DNA of 63,887 nucleotides, filler included, from Dimargaris cristalligena (GCA_003614675.1; 11 parts of 11 records of this genome joined end to end with filler, not necessarily neighbours in it); one strand, 5' to 3'. Positions 10,642 through 21,854 are shown, counted from the first letter of the whole stretch. Numbers and translations are program-made. Notes: a model not told the origin generated them from the sequence alone.

Positions 10642-11900
10642 CTAACTGACACAGCAATTAAAGCAAAAGATCTTTCGGCACTTTCCAGGCCCGACGCATT
10701 CCATCGTGTTAATCGCCATTGAATCGTCGTTATCTTCATTGTCGGTGATCAGGTATATTGGGGTGGCATTGGGCGCCGGGTTGGAAGGTGTAGATCGGGC
10801 CTCTTGGAGCTCGTGCAAACATTTTTGAAACGGGGTATTTACTCGCCCATTATTATTGGTGCGATGTTCCGTATCATCCGAAGCACCAGCAGTTGTTTTT
10901 GGCCATCCCCGCCGGCGGGTTGTTGTCAGGTGGGTTGCATTGGGTCGTTTCTGTAGGCGGTGGTCCGTGAGACATTCCCGGTATATGCTTTGCCGCAGAG
11001 GAGATAGTATGAGTTGTGCACTAGGGGTGCGGGCCAGGCGAGTGACGGCAGGGGACCGGGGTGGTGATATGGATCTTAGTTTACGTCGCTTGGGTTTGGG
11101 CGTCATGGGCCCTGGTGGTGCATTCGACGGAGGTCGACGAAGAAGGCTGGTTTTCAGAGCCGGTGGAGACGTCCATAATGGCGGGGATAGTGCCAGCGGT
11201 GGCGAAGGTTTCCGGTCGTCCACCGGCCCTTGGTCATGCCAAAGAACTGCTTGGGCCTTCATAAGCCGCTGGCGCGTAGAGGCAATGGCAGTGGTTAGAT
11301 TACGTGTGAACCCGTCGTCGAGGTACAGCATTTCCTCGGACGCATCGCTATCGCTGTTGCTGGCCCGCGACTCGTCCGTTGACGACAGGGCGCCCCCATC
11401 CACGTCCCCGTCGTTCCCTGCCTCCGTTTCGTTTCCATTCCGGGCGACAATTCGCGACGCGGAGTGGTGTTGGTGGTGGTGATGGTGAATGTGGTGGCGG
11501 CGGGGCCCAGACGCCGTGGAGACCATTGGAGCCGCTTGGGATGGTGGGGGAGATTGGCCCGGGGAGAGGGGAGGGGAGGGGGTTTTGATGACCCGTTGGG
11601 TACGCTGCTGACTACTAGCGGGGGAGTGGGAGTGGTGGTTGACTGGTGAGTTGGCCAAGGAGCTCCGGCGGAATTGATTGGTCAATTGACGGAGGCTATG
11701 GGGTGGGGGTAGGACATACATGTCCGAGTCACTATCACTTTGGATATGCCGCGTGTCGCCTCGGCGTAGAAGGCCGTTGGTCGTGGAGGGCCGCTTGGCC
11801 AGGGTGGGCGAATCGAACAAGTCGTCGTCTGCACTGCTGTCACTGTCCTCCGCACCACCACCACCACCACCACTACTACTACTAATGCTGCTACTACTAT

Positions 11901-11955
<55 letters not shown>
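10642..11955 (-). CDS. Hypothetical low-complexity S/P/R/H-rich protein with a C-terminal Cys cluster; 5' partial
   Basis: The 392-aa ORF stays open upstream through a poly-Ser tract to the contig end; GC-rich coding-like composition; ends CVGPGKCRKIFCFNCCVS. Confidence 0.7.
11872..11955. repeat. (ACT)n trinucleotide microsatellite (poly-Ser on the minus strand)
   Basis: Seen directly; runs into the contig break. Confidence 0.95.
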
Positions 11956-12055
11956 NNNNNNNNNNNNNNNNNNNNNNNNNNNNNNNNNNNNNNNNNNNNT
12001 TAATTAATTAANNNNNNNNNNNNNNNNNNNNNNNNNNNNNNNNNNNNNNNNNNNN

Positions 12056-12260
12056 GAAGCAGGTCCCGATAGGCCCACAACAGCGCCCGCAGTCTACGAA
12101 TGGCGACTCTGAGGCGATGACCGATCTCGGGGTCGTTGCTCCATAGATACTCTGGTGCCCAGTGCTCGACGATTGCGATCTCAGGCGTGGCCAGCCGAGA
12201 GAGCATCGACAGGGCCGGTGCCTCGGCGTGCAAAGGAGATGATGCGGCGGAGTTGACCAT
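12056..12260 (-). CDS. CHAD-domain protein, N-terminal part (bacterial; truncated by contig end)
   Basis: DPEIGHRLRVAIRRLRALL matches the CHAD HxxRVxxRRLR motif. Confidence 0.75.
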
Positions 12261-12562
12261 CAGAATTGCCCGTTGAGATCAGAGCACCGTTCGCAGCGAC
12301 CAGCCCAATCTCCCAATTGAATCGATGCGCGGCTTGCTGACACACACATGCAGTCTCATCACTCCATTGAGAGGTAGGAGCCAAGCCGGGGACGTTGGCC
12401 ACCAGACTATCAGCCCACTGTAGACGAGTCTTCGACATTGGCCTTGACACCTATCAACCGTGAATATAGAGGACTCGGCGTTAGCGCGTCGCGCTTCAAC
12501 CGCGGCGAGGTGGTAGAGGGCGCACATATTTTCGCTGCAATAGTGCACTGCAAGAATTCACC

Positions 12563-12589
12563 TTAAGTGGCACGCAGATTGGCCGATAA
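12563..12589 (+). promoter_or_regulatory. Sigma-28 (FliA) promoter of the MCP gene
   Basis: TTAAGTGG-N11-GCCGATAA versus consensus TAAAGTTT-N11-GCCGATAA, directly upstream of a chemoreceptor gene. Confidence 0.8.
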
Positions 12590-12641
12590 GAAGACGTCCA
12601 GGCGAGGACCAGGTCTCGCCGAACTCGTCTTACCCGTCATC

Positions 12642-14186
12642 ATGAAACTGTCGATCAAACTGCCCCTCGCCTTTGGTATTGCGCTGCTGCTGATGTTCTC
12701 CGGAGCAATCTACGGAATCGCTTCGCTCAACGACTCCATCGTTGAATACAACACCACCGTGCAGGCCCGCGTCGCCGATGAGCGGGCGGTGACGAAAATG
12801 CTCGTTACCTTCAAAACGCAAGTGCAGGAGTGGAAGGACACGCTTCTGCGTGGTGAAGACCCAGTCAAGCTGGACAAATATTGGGCGGCCTTCCTGAAAG
12901 GTGAGCAGGCTGTTTCTGATCAGGCAAAGGCGCTGCAGGATTCGCTTCCACCTGGCAAGAGTCGAGACCTGATCAAGCAATTTGCCGCAGCGCATGTCGC
13001 CATGGGCGTCGGCTACCGAAAGGGCCACGATATGTTCGTCGCCGCCTCGTTCGACCCTACCGTTGGCGACAAGGTCGTAGCCGGAGTCGATCGCGAGCCA
13101 GCACGCCTGCTGGATGAAGCAGCTCAAGAGATCGCGAAGGAAAGCATCGCCGTATCAGCCAAAACGGCTGAAGCCGCGCGCACCGCATTGGTCGTCAGCT
13201 CCGCACTGATGCTCGTGGCATTCGGGCTGGGGCTGGCCGGCGCTTTCATATTCAGCCGCACCATTACGAAGCCACTTGCCCGCGCGGCGGATGTGGCCAG
13301 CGCGGTTTCGCATGGCGATCTAGCCAAGCCGTTTGACTCACGCGGCTCTGACGAGATCGGTCAATTGCTCCACGCCCTCAAGCAGATGCAAACCAACCTT
13401 GCCAACGTGGTGAGCGAAGTGCGTCGGAATGCCGAAGGCGTTGCCGCTGCCAGTTCACAGATTGCTGCGGGCAACTTGAACTTTTCGTCGCGTACGGAAG
13501 AACAGGCGGCGTCGCTGGAAGAGACCGCCGCGAACATTGGGGAGCTGACGTCAACCGTCCGACGCAATTCGGAAAGCGCCGTGCAGGCCTCGTCGCTCGC
13601 GGGTCACGCTTCCGACACCGCAGTACGCGGCGGCAAGGTCATGAACGAAGTTGTGCAGACCATGCAAGGCATCTCAGAAAGCTCTGCGAAGGTGGGCGAG
13701 ATCATTGGTGTCATCGACAGCATTGCCTTCCAGACCAATATCCTGGCCCTCAACGCTGCGGTTGAAGCGGCCCGTGCCGGCGAGCAGGGCCGGGGCTTTG
13801 CCGTCGTGGCAGGCGAGGTGCGCACGCTCGCGCAGCGTAGCGCCTCGGCAGCCAAGGAAATCAAGGGCTTGATCAGTCAATCCACGGAGCGTGTGGAAGC
13901 GGGGGCGCGTTTGGTGCACGAAGCCGGCACCATCATCGACGACATCGTCACCTCGGTGCATCGCGTGACGCAGATCGTTGGTGAGATTTCCGCTGCATCG
14001 GCCGAGCAAAGCACCGGTATCGATCAAGTGAACGTTGCCGTGGGCCAGATTGAAGAAGTCACCCAGCAGAATGCGGCATTGGTGGAAGAGGCGTCGGCTG
14101 CCGCGCATGCCATGGCCGAGCAGGCCGATTCACTGCGCCGCGCGGTTGCAGTCTTTAAGCTCAGGGACAGCGCGGTGGGCGCCTGA
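12642..14186 (+). CDS. Methyl-accepting chemotaxis protein (TM-periplasmic-TM-HAMP-signalling)
   Basis: IAFQTNILALNAAVEAARAGEQGRGFAVVAGEVRTLAQRS hairpin tip, two TM segments, HAMP (DEIGQL). Start taken at ATG 12642. Confidence 0.97.
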   Translation: MKLSIKLPLAFGIALLLMFSGAIYGIASLNDSIVEYNTTVQARVADERAVTKMLVTFKTQVQEWKDTLLRGEDPVKLDKYWAAFLKGEQAVSDQAKALQDSLPPGKSRDLIKQFAAAHVAMGVGYRKGHDMFVAASFDPTVGDKVVAGVDREPARLLDEAAQEIAKESIAVSAKTAEAARTALVVSSALMLVAFGLGLAGAFIFSRTITKPLARAADVASAVSHGDLAKPFDSRGSDEIGQLLHALKQMQTNLANVVSEVRRNAEGVAAASSQIAAGNLNFSSRTEEQAASLEETAANIGELTSTVRRNSESAVQASSLAGHASDTAVRGGKVMNEVVQTMQGISESSAKVGEIIGVIDSIAFQTNILALNAAVEAARAGEQGRGFAVVAGEVRTLAQRSASAAKEIKGLISQSTERVEAGARLVHEAGTIIDDIVTSVHRVTQIVGEISAASAEQSTGIDQVNVAVGQIEEVTQQNAALVEEASAAAHAMAEQADSLRRAVAVFKLRDSAVGA

Positions 14187-14483
14187 CGAACAGGCCACGC
14201 GGTATGCAGGAATCTGCGGATGGCATGACCTGGCCATCAAGTTGATGAGCACAGGGCTTGATGCTGGCAAGCGCACTGCAGCCTGTCTTTCGAGTGGCGC
14301 AATACTCGGATCAATTGTTTCTCAAAAAGAAATATTTAAGAGCTATTTGCCTGGATTGTTTACTTATTGCTGTCACATAACTGACGCATTATCTCGCGTC
14401 AGCGTTCGGGGTCGCGTTCATTAGGCGGGTCACGACAGGCCCCATCGCAGATTCCTTCGGTCAAACAGCAATTGAGGCTAACA

Positions 14484-15548
14484 GTGAAAAAAACTCTCCT
14501 CGCAGTGACAATCGCGGCCGGCACCGTCCCTGCCGCCGCATTTGCGCAGTCGTCGAATGTCACGCTTTACGGCATTGTTGACGCGGGCGTCAGCTATCAA
14601 AGCCACGTGAACGGCGGCGCCAACGGCAACGGCTCGGTCACCGCGCTCACCTCTGGTGGACTATCTGGGTCGCGCTGGGGCATCCGTGGCGCTGAAGATC
14701 TAGGGAATAACCTGAAGGGCATTTTCGTATTGGAAAGCGGCTTTGACATCGACACCGGCAAATCTGCGCAGGGTAGTCGGTTGTTTGGTCGCCAAGCCTA
14801 CGTTGGCTTGCAGGGCGATTTCGGCGCCGTCACGCTGGGGCGTCAGCAAAACGCACTGTACGACCTGTTCGCGGCTTACGATCCGATGGCCGTTGGACCA
14901 AACTACTCGCTGAATTCGGTGGACAACCAATTCAATGGCCGCGCCGACAATGCTGTCAAATACACGGGTAAGTTCGGCGGGTTGACTGCGACGGGTTTCT
15001 ATAGCTTCGGGCGCGACAGCAATTCCGGACTCGGCGGTGAAGTCCCTGGCAGCTTCAAGGTCGGCAAGAACTATGGCGCAGGCGTAGCTTACGCAAATGG
15101 TCCGCTTTCGGTGGGTGTCGCCTATGACCAGTACCAGGGCAGCACCATTGCTACCTCAGCACTCGATGCCAAACGCGCTGCCATTGGCGCGTCTTATGCA
15201 GTAGGCGATGCCAAGGTGTTTGCTGGTTATCGCTGGTTGCGCGATGAAGTCACGACCGGCAGTGCACGCCACGACAATCTTTACTGGCTCGGCGCGCTCT
15301 ACAAACTTACCCCTGCGTTCACTCTGACGGGCGCTGCCTACTATACGAACGCACGTACCGACAGCAACAGCTCCTGGATGTTCGTGCTGAACGCGGACTA
15401 CGCGCTGTCTAAGCGTACCGACGCCTACGCGCTGATCGGCTATGTGAACAACAAGGGAAACGCAACTTATGGCGTGACTGGCACGGCTAACACGCTGCCG
15501 GGTCAGAACCAGACTGGCGCGATGGTTGGCGTGCGACACCGCTTCTAA
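14484..15548 (+). CDS. Gram-negative trimeric porin, Burkholderiales type
   Basis: GTG start after GAGG; signal peptide ending AFA; VTLYGIVD, SRWGIRGAEDLG, LFGRQAYVGL, YALSKRT motifs; terminal Phe. Confidence 0.95.
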   Translation: MKKTLLAVTIAAGTVPAAAFAQSSNVTLYGIVDAGVSYQSHVNGGANGNGSVTALTSGGLSGSRWGIRGAEDLGNNLKGIFVLESGFDIDTGKSAQGSRLFGRQAYVGLQGDFGAVTLGRQQNALYDLFAAYDPMAVGPNYSLNSVDNQFNGRADNAVKYTGKFGGLTATGFYSFGRDSNSGLGGEVPGSFKVGKNYGAGVAYANGPLSVGVAYDQYQGSTIATSALDAKRAAIGASYAVGDAKVFAGYRWLRDEVTTGSARHDNLYWLGALYKLTPAFTLTGAAYYTNARTDSNSSWMFVLNADYALSKRTDAYALIGYVNNKGNATYGVTGTANTLPGQNQTGAMVGVRHRF

Positions 15549-15637
15549 TTCGGCCCAATAAGGCAGGTCGACGCGTCCGGGGACGTGTCGCCGCTAGATC
15601 ATATCGACCTTGACTTGTCACCAGGTTCAAGGACGTT

Positions 15638-15667
15638 TGGCCGGCGCTTTCGCCGGCCATTTTTTTT
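15638..15667 (+). terminator. Rho-independent terminator after the porin gene
   Basis: TGGCCGGCG-CTTT-CGCCGGCCA 9-bp stem followed by T8. Confidence 0.9.
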
Positions 15668-16020
15668 GGAACGCGGCGGGCGCCACACTCTTAACGAGAT
15701 GCGCTGCGAGACTGCTGCTCCACACCTATCCCGGCAGGGCTGCCGTCGTTTCGAGCGGTCAAGACGTGACGACGGAAGATTCCCAGCTCAATGGGGGCGA
15801 GGATCGTCCGCTCGGTCTGGAGCGTGGGTGTCTCGTGAACATTACTTTCAGGCCGGGACGAAACCTCTCTGTGCCAACCCCGGCCAACCGTTAACACAAG
15901 GCATACGCCATCGACCCACGACGCTCCACCCAATGCCGTAGCAACGTATTAAACCGACACGCTGATAGACGGCGCTCTTTTCTTGGTCCGTCATGGCGCT
16001 TTGCATTGCTGAAAACAGTA

Positions 16021-16269
16021 TTAAGTGGCACGCAAATTGGTCGATAAGAGGACGTAGAGGCCAAGACCCTGCCCGGCTGTCATCGCCTTACCCAACACCA
16101 TGCCATGTACCTGTCGAGCAAGTCAGCACGGCCGTCGGTCCGATTGAGGAGGTCACAGAGCGGAATGCAGAACTGGTAGAAGAGCGTTAGGCCGCCGCTC
16201 ATACAATGGCCGAGCAGGCCGATGCACTGTGTCGCGCGGGCAATCTTCAGGCTCGGGAACAGCACGGTG
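16021..16269 (+). pseudogene. Internally deleted MCP paralog: sigma-28 promoter, leader, ATG and last ~50 codons
   Basis: 16021-16047 TTAAGTGG-cacgcaaattg-GTCGATAA copies 12563-12589. 16113-16269 aligns with the MCP 3' end (VEQVSTAVGPIEEVTERNAELVEE vs IDQVNVAVGQIEEVTQQNAALVEE) with frameshifts. Confidence 0.85.
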
Positions 16270-16416
16270 CGATGGCCGCTTGAGAGCCACGCAACTGCTA
16301 TTCGCAAAATCCAGCAACAGAATCGCGTGCCAGCGGATTCGTTCGTTCTGCGCTCAGTTGTCGAATCCGGTTTCGCTCCTCTTGTTTCGCCAATTTTTTG
16401 TCACCACCCCGATCTC

Positions 16417-17580
16417 ATGCTCAGCCCCCTCATTCTGGTAGGTATTGTGATCATGTCTTGCCTGATGAGCGTGGCCATCCTTGGTTCGCTGCTTCGGACT
16501 GGGGTGATGGGTATAGGTCGCTGGTGCTTAGCTCACGCACTATTGGCCGCTGCTTTGGTGTGGATGTTGGTCGCCGGTACTCAGCCAGGACAGTTCACGA
16601 CCATTGGGGCTGCGTTGATTGCGGTGACGGCCATGCTGTTGCTCGTGCAGGGGATGCGGCAGTTCTTCGGCATGAGTTACGTACGGCACGACGAAACTGC
16701 GGCATTCGCCATCGCCTTCGCAGCGTTGGTGTACTTTACTTACGCGTCGCCGAACTTCGGTGCGAAGATCGCGCTCGTCTCCATTTTGCTCGCTTATTCA
16801 CGAATCGCTGTGGGTACGTTGGCGCTGCGTCACGCGCCGCGTGACGGTGCGCGCTACCCATATCGATTCGTTGCGGCGGCCGCCTATCTGGGCGCGTTAT
16901 TCCATATCGCGCGGGCCGTCGCCGGAGGCTTCGGTGTGCCGCAAATGGCTCTTCTGGATCCCTCGCCCTGGAACGTTCTGTTTCTCGGACTCGCAATTGT
17001 CACATTGCCTTGCCTGTCAACCGGGATGGTGATGCTTGCACATGATCAGCTCGCGCGAAGAATGGAACAGCTCGCAAGTATCGACGAACTGACCGGTGCA
17101 CTCATGCGACGTGCCTTCATCGAAAAGGCGAACGCCGTGCTTCGCGAAACGGTTGCAAAGGGCAAGCCGGTATCGATCGCCATTCTGGACATCGACGAAT
17201 TCAAAGCCGTCAACGACGCTTTTGGCCATGCGGTCGGAGATCGGACCCTTAGACACGTCGCATCTGTTGTGACCGCACGACTGCGGTCGAGCGACCTTTT
17301 CGGGCGTCTAGGCGGGGAGGAATTCGCGATTATTTGCGTGGAAGCACAAAAGGCAGACGCAGCGGTGTTGATAGACGAACTGCGGCTTGCCGTCGAAGGA
17401 TCGCCAATAGAAGGCGTCCGCTGCACCTTCAGCGCAGGGGTCGAATGCGTCATGCCCGGAGATACGCTGGAGGTTGCCTTGGCGCGGGCGGACGCGGCAC
17501 TGTATCTGGCAAAAGCCACAGGGCGCAATCGAGTCGTCACGGCGCCAGAAGTCGAAGAGCGCGACGTTGAAACGCATTGA
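16417..17580 (+). CDS. Membrane-bound diguanylate cyclase (multi-TM N-terminus + GGDEF domain)
   Basis: DELTG, LDIDEFKAVNDAFGHAVGD, RSSD I-site, GRLGGEEF, ADAALYLAKATGRNRV. Confidence 0.95.
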   Translation: MLSPLILVGIVIMSCLMSVAILGSLLRTGVMGIGRWCLAHALLAAALVWMLVAGTQPGQFTTIGAALIAVTAMLLLVQGMRQFFGMSYVRHDETAAFAIAFAALVYFTYASPNFGAKIALVSILLAYSRIAVGTLALRHAPRDGARYPYRFVAAAAYLGALFHIARAVAGGFGVPQMALLDPSPWNVLFLGLAIVTLPCLSTGMVMLAHDQLARRMEQLASIDELTGALMRRAFIEKANAVLRETVAKGKPVSIAILDIDEFKAVNDAFGHAVGDRTLRHVASVVTARLRSSDLFGRLGGEEFAIICVEAQKADAAVLIDELRLAVEGSPIEGVRCTFSAGVECVMPGDTLEVALARADAALYLAKATGRNRVVTAPEVEERDVETH

Positions 17581-18402
17581 ACCGCAGCCACTTTGAAATC
17601 CAATCTACTGAATCCACGATGGCCGGACTGTGGTTTTACGATGACCATCGCATAACTTCCCGACTCGAAACCAGTTCAGCTAGGTGGCTTTCAACGGAGA
17701 GTACGCTTCTCCCCTCTAATGGGTGGTTAAGTTTCTTTTCAATCCACTGATAATGAAAAAATGCAGAATATCCAACGGTCCCTACTGTTGCGTGCTCTGC
17801 GTTTTCTGACGCTCTTCCGGAGGGATAAAGGCGTCCGCGCCCGAGTCGTGTGCAGGGGCGCTTTTTTTCTATCAGAAGCAAACGTTTGACCCATATGACA
17901 CGCTCACNNNNNNNNNNNNNNNNNNNNNNNNNNNNNNNNNNNNNNNNNNNNTTAATTAATTAANNNNNNNNNNNNNNNNNNNNNNNNNNNNNNNNNNNNN
18001 NNNNNNNAAAGAGAAAACAACAACTCCAGTTGAGTTGTTTCATTGAATAGAGGATGCACCCATAATAATGAAGGGGACACAGCCATAATAAAGTGAATAA
18101 AATAGTGCTCACAAGAGCTAAATGAGAATCACTATACATTACACAATTTCTAACAGCCTATCCACATGGATAAATGAAAACCCATTGTTTTGTTAGCAGT
18201 TTAAATGCAAGGTTAAGGATTCTGACTATTTCAGTTGCAAATTACCATGGCCAAGAGTAATAATAAAATGAACATCAGCTTTGGGATGAATTAGGTGGCA
18301 GGAGCAGAGAGGACCAGTGTATTTCGGGAAGTGAATAGGATGTATATAGTGGCAAAAACTGACTAACCGGCTTAATTCTTATCTGAGGCTAGAAGGAGTA
18401 TC

Positions 18403-18625
18403 TGTTGAAGAATATGTTCCTACATGTTCTTTATCCTATCCTATTTTATCCAATTATGTTAGTTTATTCTACTATCATAAGATCATTTATATTAGCCACT
18501 TATATTTCACCCCATCAAAAATTACAGTTCAATAAAACTAACCACCTAGAGGCACCTACCATCCTCTAGCTGCTTTCTTCCCTTACTTCCAGTTTTATTT
18601 CCTTTTCATCCTTAGTATTCCAACA
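18403..18625 (+). mobile_element. Solo LTR, family A, copy 3
   Basis: TGTTGAAG...TCCAACA, colinear with 1229-1452; TSD GTATC (18398-18402 and 18626-18630). Confidence 0.9.
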
Positions 18626-19805
18626 GTATCCCCACCCCATCATACCTAATAAAACATAATAGCTGTATTAGCCATAGGGTGAAGGCAAATAGTCAAGTGC
18701 ACCATGAACAATGAGCTGAAGTGGACCAGATACAAGGGAAATCACTTGATTCTGCCTTGTAGATTGGTATTCAAGTAGGTCCACAAGTACATGGTTCCTT
18801 TGTTACATAGAATCAAACTGGGTGGGGTTTTTTAGTCATCCTTCAGCCCCCTCCTCCCTCTCTCTATTGTTATTACATAGGTTAGTACTGAATAAAACAT
18901 TGAAATCACACCCTTTAGAGCTTTCTTACTGACTAATTTAACATGACATTGACCATACATAGTCTATACAGTAAACACCCTAGCTGTAGGACCCTGTTAG
19001 AAGCACGGGCAAGGCCAACGTGAATATACCTCTAGATTTATATACCCCAGGGGTTAAAGTAGCTAATATCTATGTATTTTTGTCAATGGGCTTGTGTAGT
19101 TACATCCCACCTTGTGGCCCAAGGGATCCGCATCATCCACAACTGTTTTAATGGCCAGTCCTGCTTCCTCACTATGTCATTTAATTTGCATAATTCAAGG
19201 CGCAGGTTTGGCTTACACAGCTTGCTGTCCTTTGATATAGTCAATACTAACCATGGATGATCAATAACAGGGAGTAATCCAGCTGACGAAGAGAAAGAGA
19301 GTGATTAACAGTCAACAAAAAACCATAGAAGCTGGGCTGTTTGAACTAGGTGGCAGGGTTGCTGTAAAGGGCATGAGGTGGACAAGATGAACCAGCCTGA
19401 CATAATTAATTTAAATGATTTACATTCCAAATCTGGATCATAAAGCTATATTAGTCTGTTTAGGCAGTAGGGAGGGCAATATAAGTGGATTTGAAATTAG
19501 CAGAATGAGAGAGGGGGGAGGGGTGACAGCCCATTCAGCCCAGATACTGTTTTTGAACCAACACCATATAGACCAAGTCAATAATGATGTCCACTTCAGT
19601 TAAAGGTACTACAGTCAGGCCCACTCATTACCACATATCAACACCCCTTCCAATGTGTATAAAAACACCCTACTTGCCCTCCCTTCTGATACTAATCATC
19701 TCCCATATTTACTTCTATTTGACAGCACTCATTCATCAGTAATAACTCTTACCAAATAGCCTTTGACCTACCCCTATCCCTTGAATGCCCCAGTCACAGT
19801 CAACT

Positions 19806-20093
19806 ATGCAGCTGCCCTTTTACACCAATGCCCTCCTTATTGTGGCAGCCACTTTCGGTGCAATGGACTGGGCCAGTCCAGTGAATGACTATTCCGGTTC
19901 TGCCAACTTATCCTCAGCTCCATCTCCTCTGGTACACCACACTACTTCCAACCCCCCAATTCTTTTCTGGCATGTTTCTAAAGTAGGAAGAGGTAGTGGA
20001 TTTGGTGGAGGTGGTGGATCCAGTTCTTTGTGCCCTTGGTTGTGGCTGTTTCTTTGGGGCAGCCATGACAATACCAAAACTACAGCCCCTTAG
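19806..20093 (+). CDS. Putative small secreted prepro-protein, possibly decayed
   Basis: MQLPFYTNALLIVAATFGAMDWASP signal-like N-terminus, TATAAAA ~150 nt upstream, Gly-rich C-terminal half. Confidence 0.4.
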   Translation: MQLPFYTNALLIVAATFGAMDWASPVNDYSGSANLSSAPSPLVHHTTSNPPILFWHVSKVGRGSGFGGGGGSSSLCPWLWLFLWGSHDNTKTTAP

Positions 20094-20684
20094 GATACTG
20101 AGTCAGTTGTCAAGTTCTTTCCCAATCCTGGAACTAGCTGATTATTTTTCAACCCTTCCTTCATATCATTTCACATTCCCTCTCACGGACTATCTAAGTA
20201 CTCAATATTCTGAATCTCGATGTTATAACATTCCATTGACTGTGACATTTACACTGAATTAGGCCCAGCATATTGGACAATTAACTCAGTAAACACGTTA
20301 TGTCTGATCTATATTTCACATGGCACTAGTGGCTAGTGGGTGGAAAGGTTCACCATTGACATATGGGATTGAGTAAGAGAAAAGTATTTAACATGGTGTC
20401 TATTTATTGGTTACTTGGCATGTAAGTAATGGCCAAATAATGAATTAAATGGCTTGACTAGTTCATAAACCATATTATAGATATTGAAAGATTTGAATTC
20501 ATATAATTACCAGTATGACTATTAGATTTATATTCTTAAGCTAATGGTTGAAGCAGTAAAACAAGTAAATAATCGGACTATAACTCGTGTCCATGCTGTG
20601 GGTGGACAATGGCCTACATGAAAAAAACTAATTGTTGATAAAATTTATGGACATTGGAAAATGATGTCTGGTCCTTAGAAAATT

Positions 20685-20830
20685 AATGTGGGAGAGGTTC
20701 AACCAGGGTGTATAGTGAAGAATCTGTTGGATGAAGCAAATACTACTGGTTGCAAATGAATCCCCCACCTGCTTTCCTATACAGGTATCATATAAAACCT
20801 TACACAGCTGGGCCAAATTTCACCCATGTA
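20685..20830. repeat. Dispersed repeat family E, copy 1
   Basis: Colinear 146-nt match to 35915-36060 (shared GCAAATACTACTGGTTG, TAAAACCTTA, TTCACCCAT); short match at ~59528-59556. Confidence 0.7.
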
Positions 20831-21854
20831 TTACTTGATCAACCCTTTAGCTCGGTATATGTAGTACCACTTAGTGGTTGGCCAATTCCCCTGAGCTGTA
20901 AGTGGCCTGTCTGTGTCAGTGAAGGGTGGATAATGTCGTGATATACAATACCCACCTCATCCCTGCTTGTTTCTGCTGCCTTTACTGCAGCAACACAATT
21001 ACTGACAAATCAATTATTATATGTTTGCCCTACTGGCTAGCATTAAATAGCCCAGCTAACATTATTTGCATCTGAAGGTCTGACTTTACATCAAGTGCCT
21101 TATGGATATCTCTACTTTTCATTGTTTTTTTTTAAAAAAAATATGATCATCATTTCAAGCAGCTAGGTAGGCCATCTTAAGATTACATAGGCAATTGGTG
21201 GAATTACCACCACTCTTGAGGGGTTTTCATCACCTACTCATTTGAACTTTACCATTTTATACTATTGCCCCTCCCCCATTTTGACCATTAGCCATCTCTT
21301 TTTCTAGTGCTTGTCTGTTCTATTATTATTATTTTTTGCAATAAATGGCTATTATCCCTTTTATATCTATTCCATCTTTTATTAGGTGCTTGCTCCCATC
21401 CACTGCCATGACTACAGCCACCTCCATCCCTGTCTCATCCAACACAACATGCCCCCCCTCTTTTACAGCTAGGGAGCCATCCTCCAAGTCACTGGGCTGT
21501 GCCAATAGAGAGGCTACACCCTCTTCCCAAATCTTGATTTCCAACAGTGCAAGGTCATAGTCCAACAGCAGCACACATTCCCCCCCCTCTCTCTCTCTCT
21601 CCCTCCCTCTCTTTTTTTTTGGCAACACAGGATGAGTATCAAGGCAAAGGACTGGGAAGTCAAGCCTCTGCTTACTATTGTATGATATTATTGGCTGGGA
21701 TCTATTCAAAGTAGGGGACCTAGCCAGCCCTTCCACCTCCCATTATGGCTAACAGTGGCTAATAATTATACTGCTCCAGCCTCTACACTTTTTTAATATG
21801 TACCTGTTCTCATTGTGAAGGAGAGTGTCAGTTAGCTACAACTTACACAGCATA

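Noticed and set aside
11720-12260. ORFs containing X runs (11720-12007, 12000-12260; also 35763-36016)
   Set aside because: They read through the linker. The poly-Leu is the antisense of the (ACT)n repeat. Only the CHAD portion is retained.
12568-12582. Sigma-54-like TGGCACG-N4-TTGG overlapping the MCP promoter
   Set aside because: The -12 element lacks the conserved GC, and the sigma-28 match explains the site better.
14428-14470. GGTCACGACAGG resembling the start of a c-di-GMP-I riboswitch before the porin
   Set aside because: The GCAAA/GNRA/receptor core elements are missing.
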